From Candidatus Moraniibacteriota bacterium (GTDB taxonomy: Bacteria; Patescibacteriota; Minisyncoccia; Moranbacterales; UBA2206), in NCBI GenBank assembly GCA_030679985.1, contig JAUXSI010000028.1:1-61738 (forward strand): a stretch of DNA of 61,738 nucleotides, given 5' to 3'. The notes beneath the pieces were generated by a model. It did not search any database and was not told where the DNA came from. It saw only the letters and a program-made list of their open reading frames with translations. Positions 46,411 to 54,566 of the stretch are shown one piece after another; the first letter of the stretch is position 1; every line of letters starts with the position of its first letter. The translations under genes were made by a program, and so were the position numbers.

Positions 46411-47079
46411 ATGAAAATTCTTATTATCGAAGACAATGAGGATATCGCCGAATCACTGAAGATGAGCCTGGAAGAACATTGCTTCGCCGTGGATGTCGCC
46501 AAAGACGGGGAAAGCGGCGCCTATCTGGCCAAAACCAACAACTACGACCTCATCATCCTGGATTACGTCCTTCCGAAAAAAGACGGCTACCAGGTCTGCA
46601 AGGAGATACGCGAAAGGAAAAGCGACGTATATATCATCGCTATGTCGGTCAAAACGGATGTTGAAACGAAAGTCGATCTCTTGGAAACAGGGGCTGATGA
46701 TTATATCATCAAGCCTTTTTCTTTTTCCGAAGTCCTAGCCAGGATCAATGCCCTGCTCAGGCGGTCGCGGGACATCAAACCGCCTATCATCAAATTCGAT
46801 GATTTCACCCTGGACACCCGGAATTATTCCGTAAAAAAAGGCGACGAGGAAATATATCTGACCCGCAAAGAAGCGATGATACTGGAAACCCTGGCAAAAA
46901 ACAAGGGTCGGATAGTTTCCCGATCGATGATTTTCGAAGAAGTCTATGACACCAACGCCGATTTCCTTTCCAACGCCATCGAAATGCACATCCGCAACCT
47001 GAGGAAAAAATTAGGCGGCAAAAAAGACGCGACATCCATAAAAACGTTCCCGGGACGCGGTTATATGATCGAAGGATAA
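46411..47079 (+). CDS. Response regulator, OmpR/PhoB family
   Basis: Start at Met49 (MKILIIEDNEDIAESL...). Receiver Asp in DLIILDYVLPKKDG and a C-terminal winged helix (...LTRKEAMILETL...IEMHIRNLRKKL...GRGY). Confidence 0.9.
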   Translation: MKILIIEDNEDIAESLKMSLEEHCFAVDVAKDGESGAYLAKTNNYDLIILDYVLPKKDGYQVCKEIRERKSDVYIIAMSVKTDVETKVDLLETGADDYIIKPFSFSEVLARINALLRRSRDIKPPIIKFDDFTLDTRNYSVKKGDEEIYLTRKEAMILETLAKNKGRIVSRSMIFEEVYDTNADFLSNAIEMHIRNLRKKLGGKKDATSIKTFPGRGYMIEG

Positions 47080-47125
47080 GGACTGCCATCCATCATTATC
47101 CTTTCTTTAACTTAAATTTATCCGG

Positions 47126-47153
47126 TTGACTTATACTGGAATAGTGTTGTAAT
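47126..47153 (+). promoter_or_regulatory. Sigma-70-type promoter between the regulator and kinase genes
   Basis: TTGACT (47126-47131), a 16-nt spacer, then TGTAAT (47148-47153) with an upstream TG (47145-47146). Confidence 0.5.
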
Positions 47154-47220
47154 TCGAGTCTTATTAAAAGGTCGGGAAGACTCAGACGTTTTACGCACAA
47201 TAAACAATAACACCAAAAAA

Positions 47221-47340
47221 ATGGATAAACTTATCAAAGAAATCCTTACCAAGAAAGCGACCCGTAACAGCGCGGCCTTAGTCGCCCTGATTGCGGCAGT
47301 GATGGTCGCAGGATCACCATGGAACGCGCCACAAATCTAG
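47221..47340 (+). CDS. Possible 39-aa small hydrophobic protein (or part of a non-coding leader)
   Basis: ORF below the track cutoff: MDKLIKEILTKKATRNSAALVALIAAVMVAGSPWNAPQI*. It has no SD, lies between a promoter (47126) and a terminator (47364), and has one TM-like segment. Confidence 0.3.
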   Translation: MDKLIKEILTKKATRNSAALVALIAAVMVAGSPWNAPQI

Positions 47341-47363
47341 TCGCCGGAAACGATCGCACACAT

Positions 47364-47400
47364 TAGCCGGCTGATGCGGTTTGTCGGCCGGCTATTTTTT
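47364..47400 (+). terminator. Intrinsic terminator upstream of the kinase start
   Basis: TAGCCGGC (47364-47371) pairs with GCCGGCTA (47387-47394), followed by TTTTTT (47395-47400). Confidence 0.6.
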
Positions 47401-47419
47401 AACCCTATCGGAAACGCCT

Positions 47420-48835
47420 ATGTTTGGAAAAATAATCGTTTTTTTAAAAAAAACCGTCACGCCCGTTTCGTCCGACGAAGACAAAGCGCGGCGGGAATTC
47501 ATCGCCAATATTCTTTTATTATCAAGTATCTTCTTGATATTTGCAGCTTTCATCGCAAATTTAATATATCAACTTGGAAACACCCAGCCATCACTAGCCG
47601 CTAAATTCATCTTGATACCATTCTTCCTTTTGGTTGCGCTATACGTTCTTTCTCGCAAGGGGTATTTTTATTATTCTTCGTTTCTTCTTTTATTCACACT
47701 TTTTTTGTTTGCCAGCGCCATGGGATATTATTGGGGCGTAGATTTGGAAGTTGAACTTTTCATATATGTCCTCGTTGTAGTGATGTCTGGAATACTGATC
47801 AGTGCCCGCGCTTCTTTCGTGGCAATGTGTTGCGTAAATGCCTTTCTTATTATTACTGGATTTCTACACGGCACCCAAACAGTTATTCCGGATAGATCAT
47901 GGAGAACTGCTGAGCTTTGGGATTTTGGAGAAATATCGATGACTTCCGTAATCTTTCTTACTATCGCTACCGTTTCCTGGCTTTCCAACCGTGAAATCGA
48001 AAAATCCCTGCGCAGAGCCCGCCGATCGGAAGCGGAACTGAGAAAAGAACGTGATTCCCTGGAAATCACCGTGGAAAAAAGGACGCGCGAACTCAAAGAG
48101 GTGCAATTGGCGGAAATGGCCCATCTCTACCGCTTCGCGGAATTCGGCCGCCTCTCCGCAGGGCTCTTCCATGACCTGATAAATCCGCTCAATGCCGTAT
48201 CGCTCAATATGGAAAAAGTCAAAATCCGGGATTGCTATAAAAACGAAGTGGACGAAGCCAAAAACTATCTGGACAAATCCATCGTGGCGGTCAGAAAAAT
48301 GCAAGATTTCGTAGCGGCGGTCAGAAAACAAATATCCCACCAAGCGGAAGACAAATCATCCATTCCCCTGCACGAAGAAATCCGCCAGGTAGTGGATATA
48401 TTGGCCCACAAGGCTTTGCAGAACGACATCGAAATCAAATTTTCATTTTCTAGCGATATCAACATCTTCGGCAATGCGATCAAATTCAACCAGGTGGCGA
48501 TGAATCTCGTAAACAACGCGATAGACGCTTATAGCGGTTTTGACGGAAAATTCGACGCGAAAAATAAAACCCGCGAAGTTTCCATCACTCTGGACGAAGA
48601 GGACGGCGTGGTAAGTCTGGTCGTCCAAGACAACGGCGCCGGCATCTCCGAAAACAATATGCGCCGGATATTCGAACCTTTTTTCAGCACCAAAAATTCC
48701 AATAAAGGCGCCGGCATCGGCCTCTCATTGGTGAAAAGGATCGTCGAAGAGGATTTCAACGGCACGATATCCGTCGAAAGCCGGGAGAATATCGGCACTA
48801 AATTCACCGTTAAATTCAATAAAATAAAAAAATGA
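47420..48835 (+). CDS. Sensor histidine kinase with six-TM, loop-less sensor domain
   Basis: Start taken at Met14 (MFGKIIVF...), downstream of the terminator. Six TM helices have short loops. H-box LSAGLFHDLINPLN, N-box NLVNNAIDA, G1 DNGAGI and G2 GAGIGLSL are present. Confidence 0.88.
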   Translation: MFGKIIVFLKKTVTPVSSDEDKARREFIANILLLSSIFLIFAAFIANLIYQLGNTQPSLAAKFILIPFFLLVALYVLSRKGYFYYSSFLLLFTLFLFASAMGYYWGVDLEVELFIYVLVVVMSGILISARASFVAMCCVNAFLIITGFLHGTQTVIPDRSWRTAELWDFGEISMTSVIFLTIATVSWLSNREIEKSLRRARRSEAELRKERDSLEITVEKRTRELKEVQLAEMAHLYRFAEFGRLSAGLFHDLINPLNAVSLNMEKVKIRDCYKNEVDEAKNYLDKSIVAVRKMQDFVAAVRKQISHQAEDKSSIPLHEEIRQVVDILAHKALQNDIEIKFSFSSDINIFGNAIKFNQVAMNLVNNAIDAYSGFDGKFDAKNKTREVSITLDEEDGVVSLVVQDNGAGISENNMRRIFEPFFSTKNSNKGAGIGLSLVKRIVEEDFNGTISVESRENIGTKFTVKFNKIKK

Positions 48836-50655
48836 AAGAACTTTATCTCCGCCTCAACAGCCGTCAACAAGAAGATGGCAGCTTCTTGGATGCTGCCGGT
48901 TCCCCATCGATATTACATACCGCATTGATCCTGTCAGCCCTGGAAAAATCCGGACAAGACCCGCTGATCGAAAAAATCAGGGACAAGGCCGCCAGATTCC
49001 TTCTGTCCAGAAAAGATGCCGATTGGAAATTCTCCCCGGAAACCGGCCTCAACTTCTTCGCCCTAGCAGCTTTGGCGGCTTATGACAAAAATCTGCTAGA
49101 TGGAGAAGCGATGGCTAAAATCCTGATCGATCTGACCTCGCTGGAAAGCCAGGAGGGCGGTCCGTATTTTTCACGAGCTGAAGACCGGAGCATCGACCTA
49201 GCAACCAATGCCGGCATCGCGAACTTCCTGTCAGAAGAAGGAGTGGAATTGCCGGAACTGACGAAGTTATTCGAAAACGCCATCCGAACGAAAAATTTCA
49301 AATCTTCTTTTTTCACCTCGGACTATCCGGCCATCTATTTGATTTCAAAGATCTGCCCGGAAGGCCGCAAGCAGGAATTCATAAATTTCATCTTGGAAAA
49401 AAATAACCGGGAAAGGGGCGTTGCCAGCCTATTGGAAACCGTCTTGGCGCTGAACGCGCTTTTGAATTTAGGCCATCAGGGCGAGGAAGCGCAAGACATC
49501 CTGAACTATCTGGAAAATTCAACTGAGCGACTGGATTCCACCTACCCATTCTATGTGGATGGGAACGGCCTGCCGGTGGACAGTACGGCCGATTTGAACG
49601 GGGCATTGTATCTGGAAGCTTTGCGCAAAAAAGAATCTCCCTCCCGCCAAAATCAAAACGGACCGGTCGCGGATCTGGACGGCCCGGAAAAAGAAATGTT
49701 GGAATCGATTTTGGCAACCGCCGAAAAAAGGTTCGCCCATCTTCCTGCAGAAGTCCAAAAACTGGCCGGACGCGAAATCAGAAAAACCATCAGCGGAAAC
49801 CGCGACAACCAGATGTCGCTTATGGCCTATTATATGAAAAAATCCCTGGGCGAAAAGGCGGCAGGAATTCCCGATTCCCTGGTAGCCGAAATGGGATTGG
49901 CCAACGTATTTTTCTGGACGGCCTTCATCATCTATGACGATTTCTGGGACGAAGACGAAGCGGCCGATACTGCCGTCTTGCCGGTGGCTAACCTATACGC
50001 CCGCAGTTATGTCGATTTTTTCAACTTCGTCCTGCCAGCGGAAACCGGCTTTAACGAATTTTTTCACGGGCTTATGGACGGTTCGGACGCGGCCAATACT
50101 TGGGAAAACCTCCATTGCCGCACGAAAGTCGAGGGCTCAAAATTTTTCATCCCTAAAAACTTGCCTGATTACGGGGATTACGACCTCAAATACCGTCCGG
50201 CTTCCGGCCAGATATTAGGACCGGTGGCGATGCTGGTCCGGTTGGGCTATGGATTGGAATCCCCCGAAGTGACGAACCTGGTCGCCTATTTCAAAAACTA
50301 TCTGATCGCGATGCAATTGAATGACGACGCGCACGACTGGGAAGAAGATATGAAGCGGGGCCACCTGAGCACGGTCGTCACTTTGCTCCTGAAAGATCTG
50401 GATTGGCCGGAAGATTCCATCGACCTGGAAACCGACCTGGAAGAACTGCGGAAGGTTTTCTGGTTCAAAACGATCGGCAAAGCGGCCCAGGCAGCCGCTT
50501 CCTACGCGGAAAAATCGCGGCAAGCCCTTGCCGCGATAACCATTCTGGAAAATGCGGCGCCTCTGGAAAAAATCATCAACGCCACGGAAAGCGTCGCCCG
50601 CAAAGCCCTGAAGGAACAGGCAGACACCGTCAGTTTTTTGCAAACATACCATTGA
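48832..50655 (+). CDS. Two-domain isoprenoid-enzyme-like protein: N-terminal alpha/alpha-toroid repeats and a C-terminal helical domain with two DDxxD motifs
   Basis: 607 aa with RQQEDGSF (aa 11-18), SQEGGPYF (aa 106-113), FIIYDDFWDEDE (D369-D373) and MQLNDDAHDWEED (D498-D502). Its ATG overlaps the kinase stop (ATGA). Confidence 0.7.
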   Translation: MKELYLRLNSRQQEDGSFLDAAGSPSILHTALILSALEKSGQDPLIEKIRDKAARFLLSRKDADWKFSPETGLNFFALAALAAYDKNLLDGEAMAKILIDLTSLESQEGGPYFSRAEDRSIDLATNAGIANFLSEEGVELPELTKLFENAIRTKNFKSSFFTSDYPAIYLISKICPEGRKQEFINFILEKNNRERGVASLLETVLALNALLNLGHQGEEAQDILNYLENSTERLDSTYPFYVDGNGLPVDSTADLNGALYLEALRKKESPSRQNQNGPVADLDGPEKEMLESILATAEKRFAHLPAEVQKLAGREIRKTISGNRDNQMSLMAYYMKKSLGEKAAGIPDSLVAEMGLANVFFWTAFIIYDDFWDEDEAADTAVLPVANLYARSYVDFFNFVLPAETGFNEFFHGLMDGSDAANTWENLHCRTKVEGSKFFIPKNLPDYGDYDLKYRPASGQILGPVAMLVRLGYGLESPEVTNLVAYFKNYLIAMQLNDDAHDWEEDMKRGHLSTVVTLLLKDLDWPEDSIDLETDLEELRKVFWFKTIGKAAQAAASYAEKSRQALAAITILENAAPLEKIINATESVARKALKEQADTVSFLQTYH

Positions 50656-50704
50656 AAATTCCTGCTGGCGGACGCGATGGAAATTAAGCATTAAACATCC
50701 GACT

Positions 50705-51259
50705 ATGCCGAATGAAATCATTCTCGTTGATAAAAAAGACCGGGTGGCCGGAGCCGCTTCCAAAATAGAAGTCCATCAGAAAGGAAAATTGCACCGGGCT
50801 TTTTCCATTTTCATCTTCAACCGGAAAGGAGAACTGCTTCTGCAACAGCGGGCTGATGGCAAATACCACTCCGGCGGACTCTGGACCAACACCTGCTGCG
50901 GACACCCGCGTCCCGGGGAAACGGTTGCTTCCGCCGCCCGCCGCAGGCTCCGGGAGGAAATGGGACTCGATTGCCAATTGACGAAAATATTCGATTTCAT
51001 CTACCGGGCCAAATTGGATAACGCTATGTGGGAATACGAATTCGACCATGTCCTGATCGGAAAATTCAACGGAAAACCGAAAATCAACCCCGCCGAAGCC
51101 GCGGCCTTCAAGTGGATCGACCGGAAATCCCTAGCTCGCGATATCCGGCAAGATCCGCGCGGATATACCCGGTGGTTCAAAAAATGCTACATCCAAGTTT
51201 TCAAGGCGACTAAGGATAAAACGCCCTTCAAGCAGATCAGCGACCCAGTACGAAATTAA
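50705..51259 (+). CDS. idi: Isopentenyl-diphosphate delta-isomerase, type 1 (Nudix fold)
   Basis: 184 aa with KGKLHRAFSIFIFNRKGELLLQQRA..K...GLWTNTCCGHP and RRLREEMG, then EYEFDHV. These are the catalytic Cys and Glu contexts of type 1 IDI. Confidence 0.9.
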   Translation: MPNEIILVDKKDRVAGAASKIEVHQKGKLHRAFSIFIFNRKGELLLQQRADGKYHSGGLWTNTCCGHPRPGETVASAARRRLREEMGLDCQLTKIFDFIYRAKLDNAMWEYEFDHVLIGKFNGKPKINPAEAAAFKWIDRKSLARDIRQDPRGYTRWFKKCYIQVFKATKDKTPFKQISDPVRN

Positions 51260-52208
51260 AAAGATAGCCGGTAAATACGATGCCCGCGCCGACGATGCCC
51301 GCAAAAATAAGGATAAGCTTGATTTTCATCACTTTTTTGAGAATCATAAACTCCGGCAGCGAGAGCGCGGTGACGGCCATCATAAAAGCTAAAGCAGTTC
51401 CCATAGCGACGCCCTTTTCAGTTAATGCCCCGACGAGCGGAATTACCCCGGCCGCATTGGAATAGAGCGGGATGCCGATGAACACTGCCAATGGCACGGC
51501 ATACCACCTGTCCGCTCCGGCGTATTGCGCCAGGGCCGCAGTCGGCACATAACCATGGATCCACGCGCCGACGCCGACGCCGATAACGATATAGGGCCAA
51601 ACTTTTTTTATAATATCCCAAGTATAATTCTTGGCATACTTCACTCTTTCTTCCCAAGCCATTTCCGGCAACTGGAACTGGCCGTTGAGCTTGTTTTTAT
51701 AGACGAATTCTTCCACCAGATTTTCAACTTTCAATTTGCCGATAATGATTCCGGAAAAAATAGAGATGATAAGTCCGCTGACGATATAAAGCAAAGCGAT
51801 TTTCCAGCCAAACATTCCAAATAAAAGAACTAGCGCCACTTCATTGATCATTGGCGACGCGACTAAAAAAGAGAAGGTTGTCCCTAGCGGTACGCCAGCC
51901 TGTACAAAACCCAGAAATAACGGCACAGCCGAGCAAGAACAAAAGGGGGTGATGATCCCCAGAAACGATGCCAGAATATTGCCGACATATTTTTTTTCGT
52001 GCGAGAGGATATTTCTGATTTTTTCCGGAGGAAGAAACGAACGGATGATGGAAACGGTGAAAATAATCACAACCAGAAGCAGGAAAATCTTGATTGTGTC
52101 GTAAATGAAAAAATCGACCACTTCAGCCAATAGCGTCTTGGGCATGATTCCGAAAACGGAATACGTCAGCCAATCAGCCAATATTTGGACAGGATAAAAT
52201 ATGTTCAT
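51237..52208 (-). CDS. Permease of the PF03773-like (ArsP/'predicted permease') family with a CxC motif
   Basis: 323 aa with about 8 TM helices and ...ITPFCSCSAVPLFLGF.... Last gene of the ArsR-controlled cluster. Its 3' end overlaps the convergent idi gene by 23 nt. Confidence 0.8.
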   Translation of the reverse strand: MNIFYPVQILADWLTYSVFGIMPKTLLAEVVDFFIYDTIKIFLLLVVIIFTVSIIRSFLPPEKIRNILSHEKKYVGNILASFLGIITPFCSCSAVPLFLGFVQAGVPLGTTFSFLVASPMINEVALVLLFGMFGWKIALLYIVSGLIISIFSGIIIGKLKVENLVEEFVYKNKLNGQFQLPEMAWEERVKYAKNYTWDIIKKVWPYIVIGVGVGAWIHGYVPTAALAQYAGADRWYAVPLAVFIGIPLYSNAAGVIPLVGALTEKGVAMGTALAFMMAVTALSLPEFMILKKVMKIKLILIFAGIVGAGIVFTGYLFNFVLGR

Positions 52209-52308
52209 AAATGTTTTTAATTACAATAGTTGCAAGTTAATTTAGATTTTTCATATTCAGTCACGGAAACCATCTGGATAGTCGCGACGATTATGTTTTT
52301 ATTTTTCA

Positions 52309-53028
52309 TCAGGATAGATTGATTAAATATTTAACGAGATATCGGAGATAATAAATTCCAGTTATCATAAAAATAGCCGCCACGGAATAGCGCATCGCTT
52401 TTTCGATCTTACCCATCGCGTTATACATCTTGCCCACCTTCTCCACGCTGAACGCCAAAATGATTGAAAAGATTATCACTGGCAAGCCTGTTCCTAGAGC
52501 GAATAATGGAGGTAAAAGCAAGCTTTCACTTGATGATAAAACCAATGGGACGAGCATTCCAAAAAATAAAACTCCGCTATATGGACAAAACGCCAGAGCG
52601 AACAAAACTCCCAGAAGTAAAGTTCCGATATGCCCCTTAGTTGCCAGCCACTCCTTGGCTTTTTCCACTTTCCTACTTTTGGAACCGAAATTGATTTTTA
52701 TCACCCCGAACATAACGAGAGAAATCAAAATCAAAACGATTCCCAAAATTTTATCTCCCCAGCCCTGAAAAATACTGGCAATCGAAAAAGCCGAGAAACC
52801 GAAATAAATCAGCGTCGCCAAAAGCGTATAGCTCATTCCTCTTCCCAGCGTATAAATCAAACCGCTGACCAGCGTATGCTTGGGAGTTTTTATGTCTTTG
52901 GAAATATAGGCAATGGCAGTGATGTTGGTCGCCAAAGGACAAGGGCTGATGGAAGTCATCACGCCCAAAAGAAAAGCCGTGAAAAGCGGAAAATTATATT
53001 GGTCGATTAAGGCGTTTAAAAATTCCAT
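52309..53028 (-). CDS. DsbD_2/CcdA-like thiol-disulfide membrane protein (ArsG-family-like, tentative)
   Basis: 239 aa with 6 TM helices. The N-terminal helix contains ...GVMTSISPCPLATNITAIAYI... Confidence 0.7.
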   Translation of the reverse strand: MEFLNALIDQYNFPLFTAFLLGVMTSISPCPLATNITAIAYISKDIKTPKHTLVSGLIYTLGRGMSYTLLATLIYFGFSAFSIASIFQGWGDKILGIVLILISLVMFGVIKINFGSKSRKVEKAKEWLATKGHIGTLLLGVLFALAFCPYSGVLFFGMLVPLVLSSSESLLLPPLFALGTGLPVIIFSIILAFSVEKVGKMYNAMGKIEKAMRYSVAAIFMITGIYYLRYLVKYLINLS

Positions 53029-53132
53029 TATACAAATTGATTTTTATTGGTTATTCCATGCAACAATCGATTGCACGCCTCACTAGCTCCCTCAACTTTC
53101 CGGTAAATCCGGTCGGGGGTCATTTTACTTAC

Positions 53133-53930
53133 TCAGTTTAATTTTTGCTTAAACAAATCAATGATGTCTTTTTCATTCGTATAGCATTTCCCGTCCGCCC
53201 AAAGAAACGGAACCCCGAATGCTTCAGGGTCGACATTGCACCGCATGGCGTCTTCTGCCATCTGTTCCGCATCAGTTTCATTTTTGTCAACATTTTTTTC
53301 TTCAAAAGCCATTTTTTCTTTCACGCCATTGTCCGCCAAATATTTTTGAATATTAACGCAATTTGGGCAATTATCTCCGGAATAAAAAGTGATGTTCATT
53401 TTTTCCATCTCTTTTTGAGTTCCAGCGGAAACCGTTTCGCCGATCATCCCTCGCAATTTTTTGGACAGATAATCGGAAAGAGCCTTCTGGTCTCCTAAAA
53501 GCCTCCAGGCCTGCGCCTCTTCTTGGATGTTGTCTTGGCCGTCAATGATGGCATTCAAAAACAGCGAGGTGCCGGCTGCTTGGAATTTGGCCGCCACTGC
53601 TTTGTTCTCCGGCAAATCCACGTTTATTTCCCTGAACTCAAGTTTACCGCTTTTAATTTCCGTCTGGAAGGATTCATCAACCATCGTCTTGATATATTGC
53701 CCCATCGTTATGCAGGAATAACAACGGTTAGTGGAGTGAAATTCATATATCTGGACTTTCTCCGCCGGTTTGGTTTGTCGAACTTCCGCTGCTCCGGAAT
53801 TGTCCGCTTGCACGTTCGCATCAGTATCGATTGATTCGGTCTTTTTGTCCGGTCCGACGCTTATATAAATGAGCGCAATAGCAAAAAATAACACTCCCCC
53901 ATAAAGCAAATATATTCCTAACTTTTTCAT
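53133..53930 (-). CDS. Membrane-anchored fusion of two thioredoxin-fold modules (ArsF-like CxxC domain plus glutaredoxin/NrdH-like CxxC domain)
   Basis: 265 aa with an N-terminal TM helix. First module: ...IYEFHSTNRCYSCITMGQYI. Second module: ...ITFYSGDNCPNCVNIQKYL...GVPFLWADGKCY. Confidence 0.65.
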   Translation of the reverse strand: MKKLGIYLLYGGVLFFAIALIYISVGPDKKTESIDTDANVQADNSGAAEVRQTKPAEKVQIYEFHSTNRCYSCITMGQYIKTMVDESFQTEIKSGKLEFREINVDLPENKAVAAKFQAAGTSLFLNAIIDGQDNIQEEAQAWRLLGDQKALSDYLSKKLRGMIGETVSAGTQKEMEKMNITFYSGDNCPNCVNIQKYLADNGVKEKMAFEEKNVDKNETDAEQMAEDAMRCNVDPEAFGVPFLWADGKCYTNEKDIIDLFKQKLN

Positions 53931-53955
53931 AGAATGGTCTTATTCCGATGATTAT

Positions 53956-54249
53956 TTAACAATTTCCGCCACAAGAACAAATCCCTACGGAATCATCAGT
54001 AGGCTTATTATCCGCGAACATCTTCCTAAGCTCCTCTACGCCAGGCACCATCCCAGCCACCAATACCTTTTCATCCACCACGAGTGCCGGTGTGCTCATA
54101 ATTCCATAGCCCATAATATCTTCGATTCGGGTAACTTTTTCAACGACTGCCTCCATCTTCAGTTCCTCCAGGGCTCGCTTGGTGTTTTGTTCCAATCGTT
54201 GGCAGTTAGGGCATCCGGTGCCCAGAATTTTGATGTTCATTTGGTTCAT
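53956..54249 (-). CDS. Small thioredoxin-family protein (redox-active disulfide protein 2 type)
   Basis: 97 aa with IKILGTGCPNCQRLEQNTKRAL...STPALVVDEKV and an extra C-terminal CSCGGNC. Confidence 0.85.
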   Translation of the reverse strand: MNQMNIKILGTGCPNCQRLEQNTKRALEELKMEAVVEKVTRIEDIMGYGIMSTPALVVDEKVLVAGMVPGVEELRKMFADNKPTDDSVGICSCGGNC

Positions 54250-54566
54250 TTGATTATTTGATTAAAAAATTTCTTGTATTTCCTGATAGTTTTCCTATCC
54301 AAGCTGTAGCGGACAAACTTACCTTCCCGTTTTTCAACCAGAAGTCCGATGGCTTTCAAATGTTTGAGATGATGTGAAGCCAACTTATCCGATATGCCGA
54401 CGGCCGGAACGATCTCGCAAACGCACTTCGGACCGGTTTGCAAGATACAAAGGATTTTCAGCCTATTGGAATCCGAAACGGCGCGCAAAAAAGCGTATGT
54501 TTTGCCGACATTTTCCGCTTCAGTTGAATTTTTCGCGCAACATCTGAATTCCATAGGGCGTATCAT
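54246..54566 (-). CDS. ArsR/SmtB-family transcriptional regulator
   Basis: 106 aa with ...LRAVSDSNRLKILCILQTGPKCVCEIVPAVGISDKLASHHLKHLKAIGLV..., a winged HTH with a CVC metal/metalloid-sensing motif. Confidence 0.9.
   Translation of the reverse strand: MIRPMEFRCCAKNSTEAENVGKTYAFLRAVSDSNRLKILCILQTGPKCVCEIVPAVGISDKLASHHLKHLKAIGLLVEKREGKFVRYSLDRKTIRKYKKFFNQIIK

Noticed and set aside
52217-52309. 30-codon ORF (MKNKNIIVATIQMVSVTEYEKSKLTCNYCN*) between the DsbD_2-like gene and the permease, ending in CxxC
   Set aside because: It is suggestive in a thiol-redox cluster and its ATG overlaps the upstream stop. It has no SD, is very short, and I cannot assess its conservation, so it is not called.
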